Shown here: piece after piece, positions 20,715 to 30,589 of the stretch
How positions within the stretch are numbered: the first letter of the stretch is position 1
Layout of the letters: every line of letters starts with the position of its first letter
Source of the DNA: an uncultured Weeksellaceae bacterium
GTDB taxonomy: Bacteria > Bacteroidota > Bacteroidia > Flavobacteriales_D > CAZDUI01
NCBI GenBank assembly: GCA_964508605.1
Contig: CAZDUI010000003.1
Location: 42,454-106,453 of the forward strand
Direction: 5' to 3'
Length of the DNA: 64,000 bases
The notes under the pieces: model-generated
Database searches by the model: none
Told to the model about the DNA's origin: nothing
The model's input: the letters and a program-made list of their open reading frames with translations, nothing else
Made by a program: the position numbers and the translations under genes

Positions 20715-21653
20715 TTATATAGATATACTGTTTATCATAATATCAACCATTGTGCCTAAGTTGGTTTCCGGTTTCCAGTTCCAGTGTTTTCTTGCTTCTG
20801 AATCATCGATAGAATCTGGCCAGCTGTCTGCAATTGCTTGTCTGAAGTCGGGTGCATAACTTATTTCGAAACCGGGCTTTCTTTTAGAAATTTCGGCTGC
20901 CAGTTCGGCCGGTGTAAAACTAAACCCGGCCAAATTATATGACGATCTTATTTGAATCTGTTGGGACGGAGCCTCCATAATGCCAATGGTTGCACGTATA
21001 GCATCGTCCATAAACATCATGGGTAGTCGGGATTCTGCATGAAGAAAACAGGTATAACTGTTTTTTTTGGCGGCTTCATAAAATATATCCACAGCATAAT
21101 CGGTGGTGCCGCCGCCGGGAAGCGATTTATAACTGATAAGCCCCGGGTATCTTACCCCTCTAACGTCTACCTTATATTTGTTAAAGTAATATTCACACCA
21201 TCTTTCGCCGGCCAGTTTACTAATACCATAAACTGTGGTTGGCTCCATAATGGTATATTGAGGCGTGTTTGCGCGGGGCGTAGTGGGACCGAATACTGCA
21301 ATGCTGCTGGGCCAGAATATTTTTTTCAGATGCCCCTCTTTAGCTAAGTCCAGTGCATGAAATAAGCCATCCATATTTAATTGCCAGCCAAATTTCGGGT
21401 TCTTCTCGGCTGTTGCTGACAAGAGAGCAGCCAAATGATACAGATGTGTAATGTTGTGTTTTTTAATTAGATTATAAAAAGCACCCGCATCTAATATATC
21501 CAGGGTTTCAAAAACACACGAAAGTTCTTTTTCGGGTGTTCGCACATCTGCTGCAATTACGTTAGATGCCCCATGAACCGATACCAGCTTCTCTACCAGG
21601 TCTGTGCCTATTTGCCCGAGCGCCCCGGCTACTAAAATTTTGTCGGATACCAT
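20715..21653 (-). CDS. NAD-dependent epimerase/dehydratase family protein, L-threonine 3-dehydrogenase-like (SDR type)
   Basis: GALGQIG Rossmann motif, YGISK active-site motif, GGGTTDYAVDIF and PDFRQAIADSWP blocks typical of short-chain TDH. Confidence 0.6.
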   Translation of the reverse strand: MVSDKILVAGALGQIGTDLVEKLVSVHGASNVIAADVRTPEKELSCVFETLDILDAGAFYNLIKKHNITHLYHLAALLSATAEKNPKFGWQLNMDGLFHALDLAKEGHLKKIFWPSSIAVFGPTTPRANTPQYTIMEPTTVYGISKLAGERWCEYYFNKYKVDVRGVRYPGLISYKSLPGGGTTDYAVDIFYEAAKKNSYTCFLHAESRLPMMFMDDAIRATIGIMEAPSQQIQIRSSYNLAGFSFTPAELAAEISKRKPGFEISYAPDFRQAIADSWPDSIDDSEARKHWNWKPETNLGTMVDIMINSISI

Positions 21654-21731
21654 AACTTATAATGGTTTCGGGCAAATATAAAGGAAGTTTGTGAACGTCA
21701 ATATAACTTCAATGAATCAACAACTACTTTT

Positions 21732-23918
21732 CTAAAATTGGTTTGCCAATACAAGGTCTACCTCCTTGTTTAATATATCTACCTTATTAATGATAACATC
21801 TATTGTATCACCAATTTTATAACTTTTTCCGGTTTTTCTACCTGTAATAGCAAATTTTTTCGCGTCATAACTGTAATGGTCATCATCAAGGTTACTTATG
21901 GAAATGAGGCCTTCGCAAAAATTTGACTTTATTTCAACATAAAGACCCCAATTAACCACCGAAGTAATAATGGCCTCAAATGCTTCGCCGACGTGTTTTT
22001 CAAGAAACTGAACCTGCTTATATTTTATACTTGCACGTTCTGCTTCGGCAGCATTTTTCTCCATATTTGATGAATGTACACATTGTTTTTCCAGTTCGTT
22101 CTCGTTCGATTTGGGCTTTTCTTTTAACTTATCATCCAATATTCTGTGTAACATTAAGTCGGGGTAACGGCGGATGGGTGAGGTAAAGTGAGAATAAAAC
22201 TCGAAGGCAAGACCATAGTGTCCGATGTTTTGAGTACTATATACTGCCTTTGGCATACTTCTGATAATCATTGTGCGCAAAGTTTGTTCTTCGGGTTTGC
22301 CTTTTATTTGTTTCATAAAGGCATTCAGTAATTCTGAGGCATTTTCAGGTGAAATATTTTTAAGACGATATCCAAAACTATCTAGAAATGCGGTAAGTGA
22401 TTGTAGTTTTTCAACCGATGGCCGGTCGTGAATTCTGTATACACTGGGTCTCACAACCTTTTTACCATCGGGTTTGCCAATAAACTCACTAACCCGTCTG
22501 TTTGCAAGCAGCATAAACTCTTCTATCAGTTTATTTGCCTCTTTCAATTCCTTTTTAAAAACCTCAACAGGATTACCCTTTTCGTCTAGCCTGAATTTTA
22601 TTTCGCTGCTTTCAATTTCGAGTGCACCGGCATCTAAGCGTCTCTTTCTTAGTATAACCGCCATTTTATTAAGGGTTACTATGGCAACATTCATGTCTCC
22701 CTCTCCTGTTTCAATTACTTTTTGTGCTTCATTATAAGTAAACCTACGGTTGCTGTAAATTACAGTACGACCAAACCATTCTTCATGAATATTGGCATTC
22801 TCGTCTAAAGTAAATACTGCAGAAAAACATAATTTTTCTTCATTGGGTCTTAGCGAACATACTTTATTGCTCAAAATTTCAGGTAACATAGGTATTACTC
22901 TGTCAACCAGATATACAGAGGTGGCTCTGTGTATGGCTTCTTTGTCAACCGGATTTCCCGGTTTTACATAATAACTTACGTCTGCTATATGTATTCCAAT
23001 TTCAAATAATCCATTTTCTAGTGTTTTAAAAGACAAAGCGTCGTCAAAGTCTTTGGCGTCATCAGGGTCTATTGTGAACGTAGGTGTGTTTCTAAAATCC
23101 CTTCTGTTATTATACTCTTCCTTTGGAATTTCGAGTGGAATAGCCGATGCGAAATCATCAACTTCTGTTGGAAATTTAATTGGGAGACCATATTCGGCAA
23201 TAATGGCATTCATTTCTACCTCATGCAGTCCGGGTTCACCTAGAACATCAGTTATTTCACCATCTGCATACGATTCGTTTTGATTCCATTGCAGCATTTT
23301 CACAATAACCTTTTGGCCGTCCTGTGCATTCATTAGTTTGTTGCGTGCAATAATAAATTCCACCTGAATTTTTTGGTTATCGGGTTTAACCAAATACATG
23401 TTCTGTTTGAAGTGAAGCACTCCCACGTATTGTTCACGTGCACGTTTCAAAACTGAAATAATTTCTCCTTCAAGATTTTTTCCGGGTTCTTTTTTCCTTC
23501 CCGGACGAACTGCTATTTCAACGGTGTCACCATCCAGTGCGTCTTTTAATTTGTGTCCGGGTACAAAAACATCTCCGGTATCAGCTGCAGTGCGCACAAA
23601 CCCATCGCCCCTTGATGTAACCTGAAGTACGCCCCGCAAGGCAGCAAGCGAGCCTTTATATTTGTATTTTCCTCTTTCAGGACTCTCCAGAATTTCATCA
23701 CGAACCAGTTCATTCAGAACTACCAGAACCAACTGCCGGGTTTCGGTATCATTAATGTCAAATATTCCTGAAAGCTGCTTGTAATTGAAGAATTTTTCTG
23801 GATTTTCGCGCATTACCGCCAGAATACCGTCGCGTAAATATCGCTTTAGCTTAGTACCCACTCCATCATTTCCGTTCTTTTTATTGTTGTTTCTCAGTCT
23901 TTTATTTTTTCTTGACAT
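21732..23918 (-). CDS. rnr: ribonuclease R (RNB family 3'-5' exoribonuclease)
   Basis: 728 aa; cold-shock/OB N-terminal region, RNB catalytic region, C-terminal S1 domain, and a basic N-terminal tail. Confidence 0.9.
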   Translation of the reverse strand: MSRKNKRLRNNNKKNGNDGVGTKLKRYLRDGILAVMRENPEKFFNYKQLSGIFDINDTETRQLVLVVLNELVRDEILESPERGKYKYKGSLAALRGVLQVTSRGDGFVRTAADTGDVFVPGHKLKDALDGDTVEIAVRPGRKKEPGKNLEGEIISVLKRAREQYVGVLHFKQNMYLVKPDNQKIQVEFIIARNKLMNAQDGQKVIVKMLQWNQNESYADGEITDVLGEPGLHEVEMNAIIAEYGLPIKFPTEVDDFASAIPLEIPKEEYNNRRDFRNTPTFTIDPDDAKDFDDALSFKTLENGLFEIGIHIADVSYYVKPGNPVDKEAIHRATSVYLVDRVIPMLPEILSNKVCSLRPNEEKLCFSAVFTLDENANIHEEWFGRTVIYSNRRFTYNEAQKVIETGEGDMNVAIVTLNKMAVILRKRRLDAGALEIESSEIKFRLDEKGNPVEVFKKELKEANKLIEEFMLLANRRVSEFIGKPDGKKVVRPSVYRIHDRPSVEKLQSLTAFLDSFGYRLKNISPENASELLNAFMKQIKGKPEEQTLRTMIIRSMPKAVYSTQNIGHYGLAFEFYSHFTSPIRRYPDLMLHRILDDKLKEKPKSNENELEKQCVHSSNMEKNAAEAERASIKYKQVQFLEKHVGEAFEAIITSVVNWGLYVEIKSNFCEGLISISNLDDDHYSYDAKKFAITGRKTGKSYKIGDTIDVIINKVDILNKEVDLVLANQF

Positions 23919-24032
23919 ATATGTATTATTAAACCACGGTGTGGGTTTTTATTAAACAGAAAGATATTTCTATCTTTACAACGGCAAAAGATAGAAACTT
24001 AATCAGGACGAAACAGTATAAGTTACCTGATT

Positions 24033-26096
24033 TTGTTTGCAGTCATAAGTTCAAAAGTGAAAGGAAAGATTATAAACCTTTGGTTGTGTGCAAAGTTACT
24101 TGTGCTGGTGGCCGGTGTTATATTTTCTTTCAGTGTAATTGCACAGCCTTTGGTAATTTCAGGGGTATCGCCCGCTGTTCCTTCTTGTGGTGCAAACGAT
24201 GGCGGCATTGTAGTGCAGATTTCAGGTAATTTCGGGCAGGTTACCTATAGCATTGATAATGGTGTGAATTTTCAGGCCTCCGCCACCTTTTCTGGTCTTA
24301 GTGCCGGCTTGTATCAGGTAGTTGCATTAGATTCGGCTGGGTTTTCAGATACGCTGGTTTATGTACTTGCCGGAGATGGTAATTTTATTGGAAGTGTTAA
24401 TGCTGTCGATCCTTTGTGTAACGGAGCATCAAATGGCGAACTTTCCGTTACATTAACCGGTGGCAGCGCTCCGTTTTTATACAGTTTTGATGGTGGAGGT
24501 GTATATGGCTCTTCAGCAACCGCAACAGGATTGCCAACGGGAATTTATAACGTTGTGGTTCAGGACGCGTCTTACTGTTTTGACACAGCTTCGGTTGTCC
24601 TTACAGAACCTGCGGTCGTTTCATTTACGCATTCAGTTATTAATGCAAGTTGCCCGGCAAATGACGGTTCCATAACAATTGCCGCTTCAGGTGGTTCGGG
24701 TGCATTACAATACAGTATTAATGGGGGAACCTCTTTTCAGGCAGGGAATGCATTTACAGGCCTGGCAGTTGGTGTTTACACCATTGTTGTTCAGGATGCA
24801 AATGGGTGCACATCCACTTCAGATGTTATTCTTGGTAGCGCTCCGGGTTTTGGCCCCGATATTATCATGTTAAATCACATTAATCCGTTGTGTAATGGTT
24901 CAGCAAATGGTTCCATTACTGTTATTGCAATGGGTGCTACACCATTAACGTATAGTATCGACGGTGGTTCAACGTTTACGGGAAGCAATGTTTTTACCTC
25001 TTTAACACCGGGTTCTTATCCTGTTATCGCTGCTGACGGAAATGGTTGCTTATCGGGTAGCCTGGTGGTTATTACCGAACCGGGTGTACTGCAATCAGTG
25101 ATTACAGCATTTAACGAAACCTGTGTTGGAGGAGACGGCTCAGTGAATTTATTTACTAGCGGGGGTACATCTCCGTACCAGTATAGTTTTGATGGTGGGG
25201 TTTCATTTTCATCATCCTCTTCTCTGTTAAATCAATCGGGAGGTTCGTTTAATATTGTTGTTACCGATAACAATGGCTGCACAGAAAATGCAACTGTAAC
25301 ATTGACATCGGGCTCGGGACCAACCATTCAAGGCATAAGTGTTGTAAATGCATCTTGTCCGGGTGTTAACGACGGCTCAATAGATATCAGCGCAATAAGC
25401 CAGTCCGGCAGTATTGCCTATAGTATTGATGGTGGCCTTGTGATGCACCCAATAGGATCTTTCTCAAATCTAACTACCGGAACCTATGATGTTTATCTGG
25501 TAGACGCTAACGGATGCTCAACGAGTCAAACTGTCATCATTAGCGGTCCGGTTACTCCATTTGCTGATTTTACTGCGGATGTTAATTCAGGTTTTATACC
25601 ACTTACGGTGAACTTTACGAATAATAGTATTGGGGCAACGGGCAATGATTGGAGTTTTGGTGTAACCGGCGCAACTGCAAATACTACTGACGCAAGTTAT
25701 ACTTATACAACAGGGGGCACTTACGTTGTGATGCTGGTGGTAACCGATGGTGTTTGTAACGACACAGCTACTGTCACAATTGAAGTTGATGGCGAGCCGG
25801 GCATTACGATTCCCAATATCTTTACACCGAATAACGATGGGGTGAATGACTTTTTCTTTGCACAACCTGTGGGAATCACTCAATTGAGTGGAGTAATTTA
25901 TAACAGATATGGCGAGATAGTTTATTTGTGGGAGGGTCCCGAAGGAGGCTGGGACGGAAGAACCATTCCTGCAGGCGTACCCTGTAGCGATGGGGTTTAT
26001 TTTTATTTAATTACCGCCACCGACTTAAATGGGGCACAAATTGAAGAAAAAGGAACGGTACATTTGCTGCGAACAACCAACCCACGTCAGCGTTAA
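24033..26096 (+). CDS. SprB-repeat / PKD-domain cell-surface protein with a T9SS type B (gliding-motility-associated) C-terminal sorting domain
   Basis: At least six repeats of C.G..DGSI..(A/S)GG..P..YSIDGG..F.....F..L..G.Y.V.V.D.NGC, then a PKD-like segment, then a C-terminal IPNIFTPNNDGVNDFF...GVYFYLI motif. Confidence 0.7.
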   Translation: MFAVISSKVKGKIINLWLCAKLLVLVAGVIFSFSVIAQPLVISGVSPAVPSCGANDGGIVVQISGNFGQVTYSIDNGVNFQASATFSGLSAGLYQVVALDSAGFSDTLVYVLAGDGNFIGSVNAVDPLCNGASNGELSVTLTGGSAPFLYSFDGGGVYGSSATATGLPTGIYNVVVQDASYCFDTASVVLTEPAVVSFTHSVINASCPANDGSITIAASGGSGALQYSINGGTSFQAGNAFTGLAVGVYTIVVQDANGCTSTSDVILGSAPGFGPDIIMLNHINPLCNGSANGSITVIAMGATPLTYSIDGGSTFTGSNVFTSLTPGSYPVIAADGNGCLSGSLVVITEPGVLQSVITAFNETCVGGDGSVNLFTSGGTSPYQYSFDGGVSFSSSSSLLNQSGGSFNIVVTDNNGCTENATVTLTSGSGPTIQGISVVNASCPGVNDGSIDISAISQSGSIAYSIDGGLVMHPIGSFSNLTTGTYDVYLVDANGCSTSQTVIISGPVTPFADFTADVNSGFIPLTVNFTNNSIGATGNDWSFGVTGATANTTDASYTYTTGGTYVVMLVVTDGVCNDTATVTIEVDGEPGITIPNIFTPNNDGVNDFFFAQPVGITQLSGVIYNRYGEIVYLWEGPEGGWDGRTIPAGVPCSDGVYFYLITATDLNGAQIEEKGTVHLLRTTNPRQR

Positions 26097-26115
26097 TAAA
26101 GAAAACGTAAAAAGT

Positions 26116-26628
26116 ATGTTAAAGAAGAGTATTGAAAAAGCATTGAACGACCAGGTGAAAATTGAGGCCTTATCGTCTCAGCATTACCTTGCAATGGCCT
26201 CCTGGGCTGAGGTAAAAGGTTACAACGGAACCGCAGAATTTCTTTATACGCATTCAGATGAAGAAAGAATGCACATGTTAAAGTTATTCAGGTATATTAA
26301 CGAAAGAGGTGGCGTTGCTGTGGTTCCGGAGTTGGAAAAACCTGTAACAAATTTTAAAGGACTTGATGAGGTTTTTCAGGCTCTTTTAAATCATGAAATT
26401 AAAGTTTCAGAGGAAATAAACAGTATTGTTGAATTATGCCTAAAGGAAAAGGATTTCACTACTCATAATTTTATGCAGTGGTACGTTAGCGAACAAATGG
26501 AAGAAGAGGCTTTGGCTAAAACCATTATAGACAAGCTGAATTTGTTGCAGGGTGATAAAAGCGGCTTGTATATCTTTGATAAAGATTTGGCTTCCATTCG
26601 CGCATCTATGCAGGTAACTGCAAATTAA
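26116..26628 (+). CDS. non-heme ferritin
   Basis: Ferritin-like di-iron residues (E..H, QHYLAMASWAE, EERMHM, NHEIKVSEEI); the probable start at 26116 avoids overlap with the upstream gene. Confidence 0.85.
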   Translation: MLKKSIEKALNDQVKIEALSSQHYLAMASWAEVKGYNGTAEFLYTHSDEERMHMLKLFRYINERGGVAVVPELEKPVTNFKGLDEVFQALLNHEIKVSEEINSIVELCLKEKDFTTHNFMQWYVSEQMEEEALAKTIIDKLNLLQGDKSGLYIFDKDLASIRASMQVTAN

Positions 26629-26639
26629 TAATTAAACTG

Positions 26640-27188
26640 TTGATGTGGTACCGGCTTGTGATATTGTTTTTACTTGCCGGTAGTTGTTCATTGCCCGGGT
26701 ATTCCCAAAAACGTGGTGGAGGCGGAAGAACTAAAGACGGAAGGGAAACATTTAATTCCCGTAAACAGAAAAATACCTCATACGGTTCTCAAAGAAGAGA
26801 TAGTTTTACTTACAAGTCCAGCCGCTCAAAATCAAAAAGGAGCAACGACCCTTTTGCATACCGCTCTAAACAAAAAGGAAAGGATAAAAACAAATCGGTG
26901 CCTTTTGCATACAAGTCAAAATCGCAAAAGAAATCAAAACAGCGTAACGATAATCTTTTTGGCTCTAAACAGGGTAAAAGTAATGCCAGGAAAGGCGGAA
27001 GTAATAAAGATTCTTTTGTGGGGGGCAGAAATAATTCTTCCAGAATTAAACGAAAGCAGGAACAGCGTGGAGTGGGTGATTTTGGTATCAGTAGAAAAAA
27101 AGCGGACAAGCTGAGGCAAAAGTCCAGAACGAAAGAGGAGAACGGCAAGATTTGGGAGCAGGAATTAAGGCGAAAGCCCAATTCTTGA
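26640..27188 (+). CDS. secreted (possible lipoprotein) lysine/arginine/serine-rich low-complexity protein
   Basis: Signal peptide MMWYRLVILFLLAGSCS; the mature part is about 30% K/R with repeated PFAY(R/K)SK motifs. Overlapping ORFs in other frames look like artefacts. Confidence 0.4.
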   Translation: MMWYRLVILFLLAGSCSLPGYSQKRGGGGRTKDGRETFNSRKQKNTSYGSQRRDSFTYKSSRSKSKRSNDPFAYRSKQKGKDKNKSVPFAYKSKSQKKSKQRNDNLFGSKQGKSNARKGGSNKDSFVGGRNNSSRIKRKQEQRGVGDFGISRKKADKLRQKSRTKEENGKIWEQELRRKPNS

Positions 27189-27276
27189 TATTTTTTGGCA
27201 CAGAATTAGATATTCCCGACGTTCGTCATTGAAATTTGTATTTTTGCGGAAATTCTTAATATAAGGTTACAGGTAC

Positions 27277-27807
27277 GTGATTCGGTTATTAACCATATTA
27301 TCATTGGTTCTGGTGTCTCTCACCGCCTTTTCGCCTGTTAATACATATCAACCTAACAATACTCAGGCTAAGTTCAGAGCATTGTATATTTACCAAATTG
27401 CTACTCTTGTGGATTGGCCTGCTCAATATAAAAATGGAAGTTTTATCATCGGTGTTTTTGGTGATGATAAAGTGTATGATGAGCTTGTTAAAAGTCACGG
27501 AGCTAAAACAGTAGGAAGCCAGCCGCTAAAACTATTAAAGTTCAATTCAGTTGAAGAGGTTTCAAAGTGTCATGTGTTGTACATTGCTCCGGACAAAAAC
27601 AGTTATTCGGCTGAATTGATTAAAAAGTATAAATCCAACAGCACGCTTTTTGCAACTGAATCTGCCGGAATGTTAAAATCGGGTGCCGTGGTTAATTTTT
27701 TAATCCACAACAATAAAGTTGCATTTGAACTTAGCAAAGCTAATGCTACGAAGTATAACCTTGTGGTTACCTCAACCGTTATGAATTATGCCGTAAATAA
27801 GGAATGA
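27277..27807 (+). CDS. YfiR-like periplasmic protein (DUF4154 family)
   Basis: 176 aa; signal peptide; KFRALYIYQIATLVDWP... pattern characteristic of DUF4154/YfiR. Confidence 0.55.
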   Translation: MIRLLTILSLVLVSLTAFSPVNTYQPNNTQAKFRALYIYQIATLVDWPAQYKNGSFIIGVFGDDKVYDELVKSHGAKTVGSQPLKLLKFNSVEEVSKCHVLYIAPDKNSYSAELIKKYKSNSTLFATESAGMLKSGAVVNFLIHNNKVAFELSKANATKYNLVVTSTVMNYAVNKE

Positions 27808-28688
27808 AGAAACTTATTACCATATGGTTTGTTTTCACCGCACTGATTTCAGGCGCGCAGATTTCCTATACCCACAAGGCATTTAAAGCGTATCAGGAAA
27901 ATAAGCTGGATATAGCCAGGGCTTATATTGATACAGCCATAACCGTATCCGCAGAGGCATCTTCCGCACAGACATGGCATATTAGAGGCTTTGTTTATAA
28001 GGAAATTTTTAAACTACAGGAGGCAGAAGATCATAAATCTCCTTCAAGAGAGGAATCATTAAAAGCCTTTATTAAATCTTCAGAGTTAGACGAAACGGGT
28101 GAGTTCAAGACGCAGAATGACAAAGGAATTTATTACATTGCTACTTCATTCTATAACCAAAGTGTTCTTACTCAGAACCCAACGCAATACCTTCTTTCCA
28201 TTGAATTATACGAGCGTTCAAAGGAAGTACACCGCCAACGAGACCCTGGATTCAACTCCGACAAGAAAGATGTTGAATTTTATAACGCGCTGGGCAGCAT
28301 GTTGAGCGAAACCTATGAACGCAACAAAGTAAAATATGCCGATTATGCCGACCTTGCTATTAAGTATTTGCAAGTATCTCTCAAAATTGAGTTAGATAAT
28401 CTTACTGCAAATCAATTAATTGGTGTATTATATTACAACAAAGGCGTTGATTTGATCTTAAATCTTAGTCCTGATGCTTCTTTGGATGAATTGATAAAAG
28501 TTCAGGATCTCTGCGTTGAATTGTTCCTAAAATCTGAACCATATTTGCTGCAGGCACATAAAAAGGATCCCACCAATTGTGAAATTATGACAGGATTAAA
28601 AGGTGTTCGCTTCAATCTTAATGATAAAGAGCAAGTTAAGCTTTGGGACGACAAACTTCGCGAACTCGGTTGTCCTGTTGATGAATGA
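27804..28688 (+). CDS. hypothetical secreted helical protein (294 aa)
   Basis: Signal peptide MKKLITIWFVFTALISGAQ; ATGA overlap with the upstream gene; helical (TPR-like) composition. Confidence 0.4.
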   Translation: MKKLITIWFVFTALISGAQISYTHKAFKAYQENKLDIARAYIDTAITVSAEASSAQTWHIRGFVYKEIFKLQEAEDHKSPSREESLKAFIKSSELDETGEFKTQNDKGIYYIATSFYNQSVLTQNPTQYLLSIELYERSKEVHRQRDPGFNSDKKDVEFYNALGSMLSETYERNKVKYADYADLAIKYLQVSLKIELDNLTANQLIGVLYYNKGVDLILNLSPDASLDELIKVQDLCVELFLKSEPYLLQAHKKDPTNCEIMTGLKGVRFNLNDKEQVKLWDDKLRELGCPVDE

Positions 28689-28752
28689 TTTCTTTGAACA
28701 TCCCGTTATTTTTTTGAATATTTGACGGTTCGAAACAAGAGTTCGGTACCGG

Positions 28753-30585
28753 ATGAAAGTAAAATTTACAATAGGACGCAAGATAGGCACTGGTTTTGGT
28801 GTGCTTATATTCTTCATTATCATTGTATTTACTATAACCGCCAATACAGTCAGAGAAGGTATTGAGAGTTTTACCCAAAGCCGGGAACTAAACGAGAAGA
28901 TTACAACACTGTTCGATCCGTCTATCAAACAGGTTACCCTGCTGAAAGAAAAAATAAAGGAAAGCAAAAGACTTATACAAAACTGGGTAAACTCACCCAG
29001 CAGAGAGGATAACCCCGAGAAAATTCAGTTAAAAATACTTCTGTCTGATGTGATTCCCAAGACCCAGGACACGCTGACATCCTTACAGGCCCGGTGGGAT
29101 TCAGAAACCGAACAGCTATTATTGAAAAAAGTAAATGCCAATCTGGACACGCTTTTTGAGTATTATCAAATAATAATGGACCACTTGCCTGATTTGGGCA
29201 GTTATGACGACCCCATTGCGTTTCTTTCGGCGCGCGACTATGTAGTGCCTAATGGTCTTATTGACATCAAAAGCCAGCAGGTAGATAATTTGATTTCAGA
29301 TTTGATAAACCGCCAGAGTAAGTCGCGGCGATACGCTATCAGAATGCAAAACGAGTCATCGCAGGAAACCACCTACTCCTTTGACAATCTTTTGAAATTG
29401 GTAATTATTTTGGGTATTGCCCTTATGATTGGCGCTACCCTTATTGCCACATTTACTACCCGTTCTATTGTGCGTCCGGTTCACGAGCTGCGTGACGTGT
29501 TGTTAGGTTTGGGCAGGGGGTTGTTTCCGCGGAAAACCCTTCGTCCAACCAGAGATGAAATTGGGGAAATGGGTGATGCACTGAATTCACTGGTGGATGG
29601 TCTGAAGCGTACAACGGAGTTTTCCAAACAGGTAGGTTCCGGTAATTTTGACTACGATTATTTACCTTTGAGTGATGATGATACTTTGGGTCATGCATTG
29701 CTTAAAATGAGAGACGACCTTGCCGAAAACGAGCGCATATTGGAACAAAAAGTGGTAGAACGTACCGAAGAGGTGGTTCGGCAGCGCGACGAAATTGAGA
29801 GGCAGCGCATGAAGGTTGAGGAACTGTATAAAGATGTTACAGACAGCATTCGTTACGCAAAAAGACTACAAGATAGCATATTGCCGCCCGAGAGATATAT
29901 TCAGCAAATTCTACCCAACAGCTTTGTATTGTTTAAACCCAAGGATATTGTTTCAGGTGATTTTTACTGGTTTGAGCAAAGTAAAGGTAAAATTTTGTTT
30001 GCCGCTGTTGACTGTACCGGTCATGGTGTACCCGGAGCGTTTATGAGTTTGGTGGGAGCAAATGCTTTGAATCAGGCTGTAAGAGAACATGGACTTACCA
30101 AACCATCTGAAATTCTTGACGATTTAAACAAGCTTTTAAGCGAAGCCCTGAATAAAGGCATGGAAGAACAGGCTGTGAGAGACGGTATGGATTTGGCCTT
30201 GTGTGCTATAGACCCGGAAAAAAGAACCCTTGAATTTGCCGGGGCAAATAACCCTTTATATCTGGTAAGAAACGGAGAATTAATTCAAACTAAACCCGAT
30301 AAACTGGCAATTGGCGGAATGGACCATGGTGCCCATAAATATAGGAATCATCAGGTAGAAGTTGCGTCAGGCGATATCATTTACATTTTTAGTGACGGTT
30401 ACGCCGATCAGTTTGGTGGAGAAAAAGGTAAAAAATTCATGTACAAACAGTTCAAAGAGACTTTGAAGGAAATAGCGCCGCTTCCAATGAATAAACAAAG
30501 AGATGAATTGAACCGCATTATTGAAAATTGGAGAGGAATTTACGAGCAAATTGATGATATATTGATAATTGGTGTAAAATTGTAA
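28753..30585 (+). CDS. membrane sensor protein phosphatase: TM-periplasmic domain-TM-HAMP-coiled coil-PP2C (SpoIIE/RsbU-like)
   Basis: Two TM helices (aa ~14-36 and ~213-235) flank a ~175-aa extracytoplasmic domain; a HAMP segment follows; the C-terminal PP2C region carries SGDFYW...AVDCTGHGVPGAFMS...DGMDLAL...FSDGYADQ. Confidence 0.75.
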   Translation: MKVKFTIGRKIGTGFGVLIFFIIIVFTITANTVREGIESFTQSRELNEKITTLFDPSIKQVTLLKEKIKESKRLIQNWVNSPSREDNPEKIQLKILLSDVIPKTQDTLTSLQARWDSETEQLLLKKVNANLDTLFEYYQIIMDHLPDLGSYDDPIAFLSARDYVVPNGLIDIKSQQVDNLISDLINRQSKSRRYAIRMQNESSQETTYSFDNLLKLVIILGIALMIGATLIATFTTRSIVRPVHELRDVLLGLGRGLFPRKTLRPTRDEIGEMGDALNSLVDGLKRTTEFSKQVGSGNFDYDYLPLSDDDTLGHALLKMRDDLAENERILEQKVVERTEEVVRQRDEIERQRMKVEELYKDVTDSIRYAKRLQDSILPPERYIQQILPNSFVLFKPKDIVSGDFYWFEQSKGKILFAAVDCTGHGVPGAFMSLVGANALNQAVREHGLTKPSEILDDLNKLLSEALNKGMEEQAVRDGMDLALCAIDPEKRTLEFAGANNPLYLVRNGELIQTKPDKLAIGGMDHGAHKYRNHQVEVASGDIIYIFSDGYADQFGGEKGKKFMYKQFKETLKEIAPLPMNKQRDELNRIIENWRGIYEQIDDILIIGVKL

Positions 30586-30589
30586 CGTC

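Noticed and set aside
26674-27181. Alternative ORFs (146 aa on plus, 123 aa on minus) overlapping the K/R-rich gene
   Set aside because: Low-complexity DNA yields open frames on several phases. Only the 26640 frame has a convincing signal peptide and an upstream gene junction.
28720-28740. GGTTCGAAAC motif resembling a tRNA T-arm
   Set aside because: No acceptor-stem or anticodon-arm complementarity surrounds it, and it lies in the 5' region of the PP2C sensor gene. No tRNA genes were found anywhere in the window.
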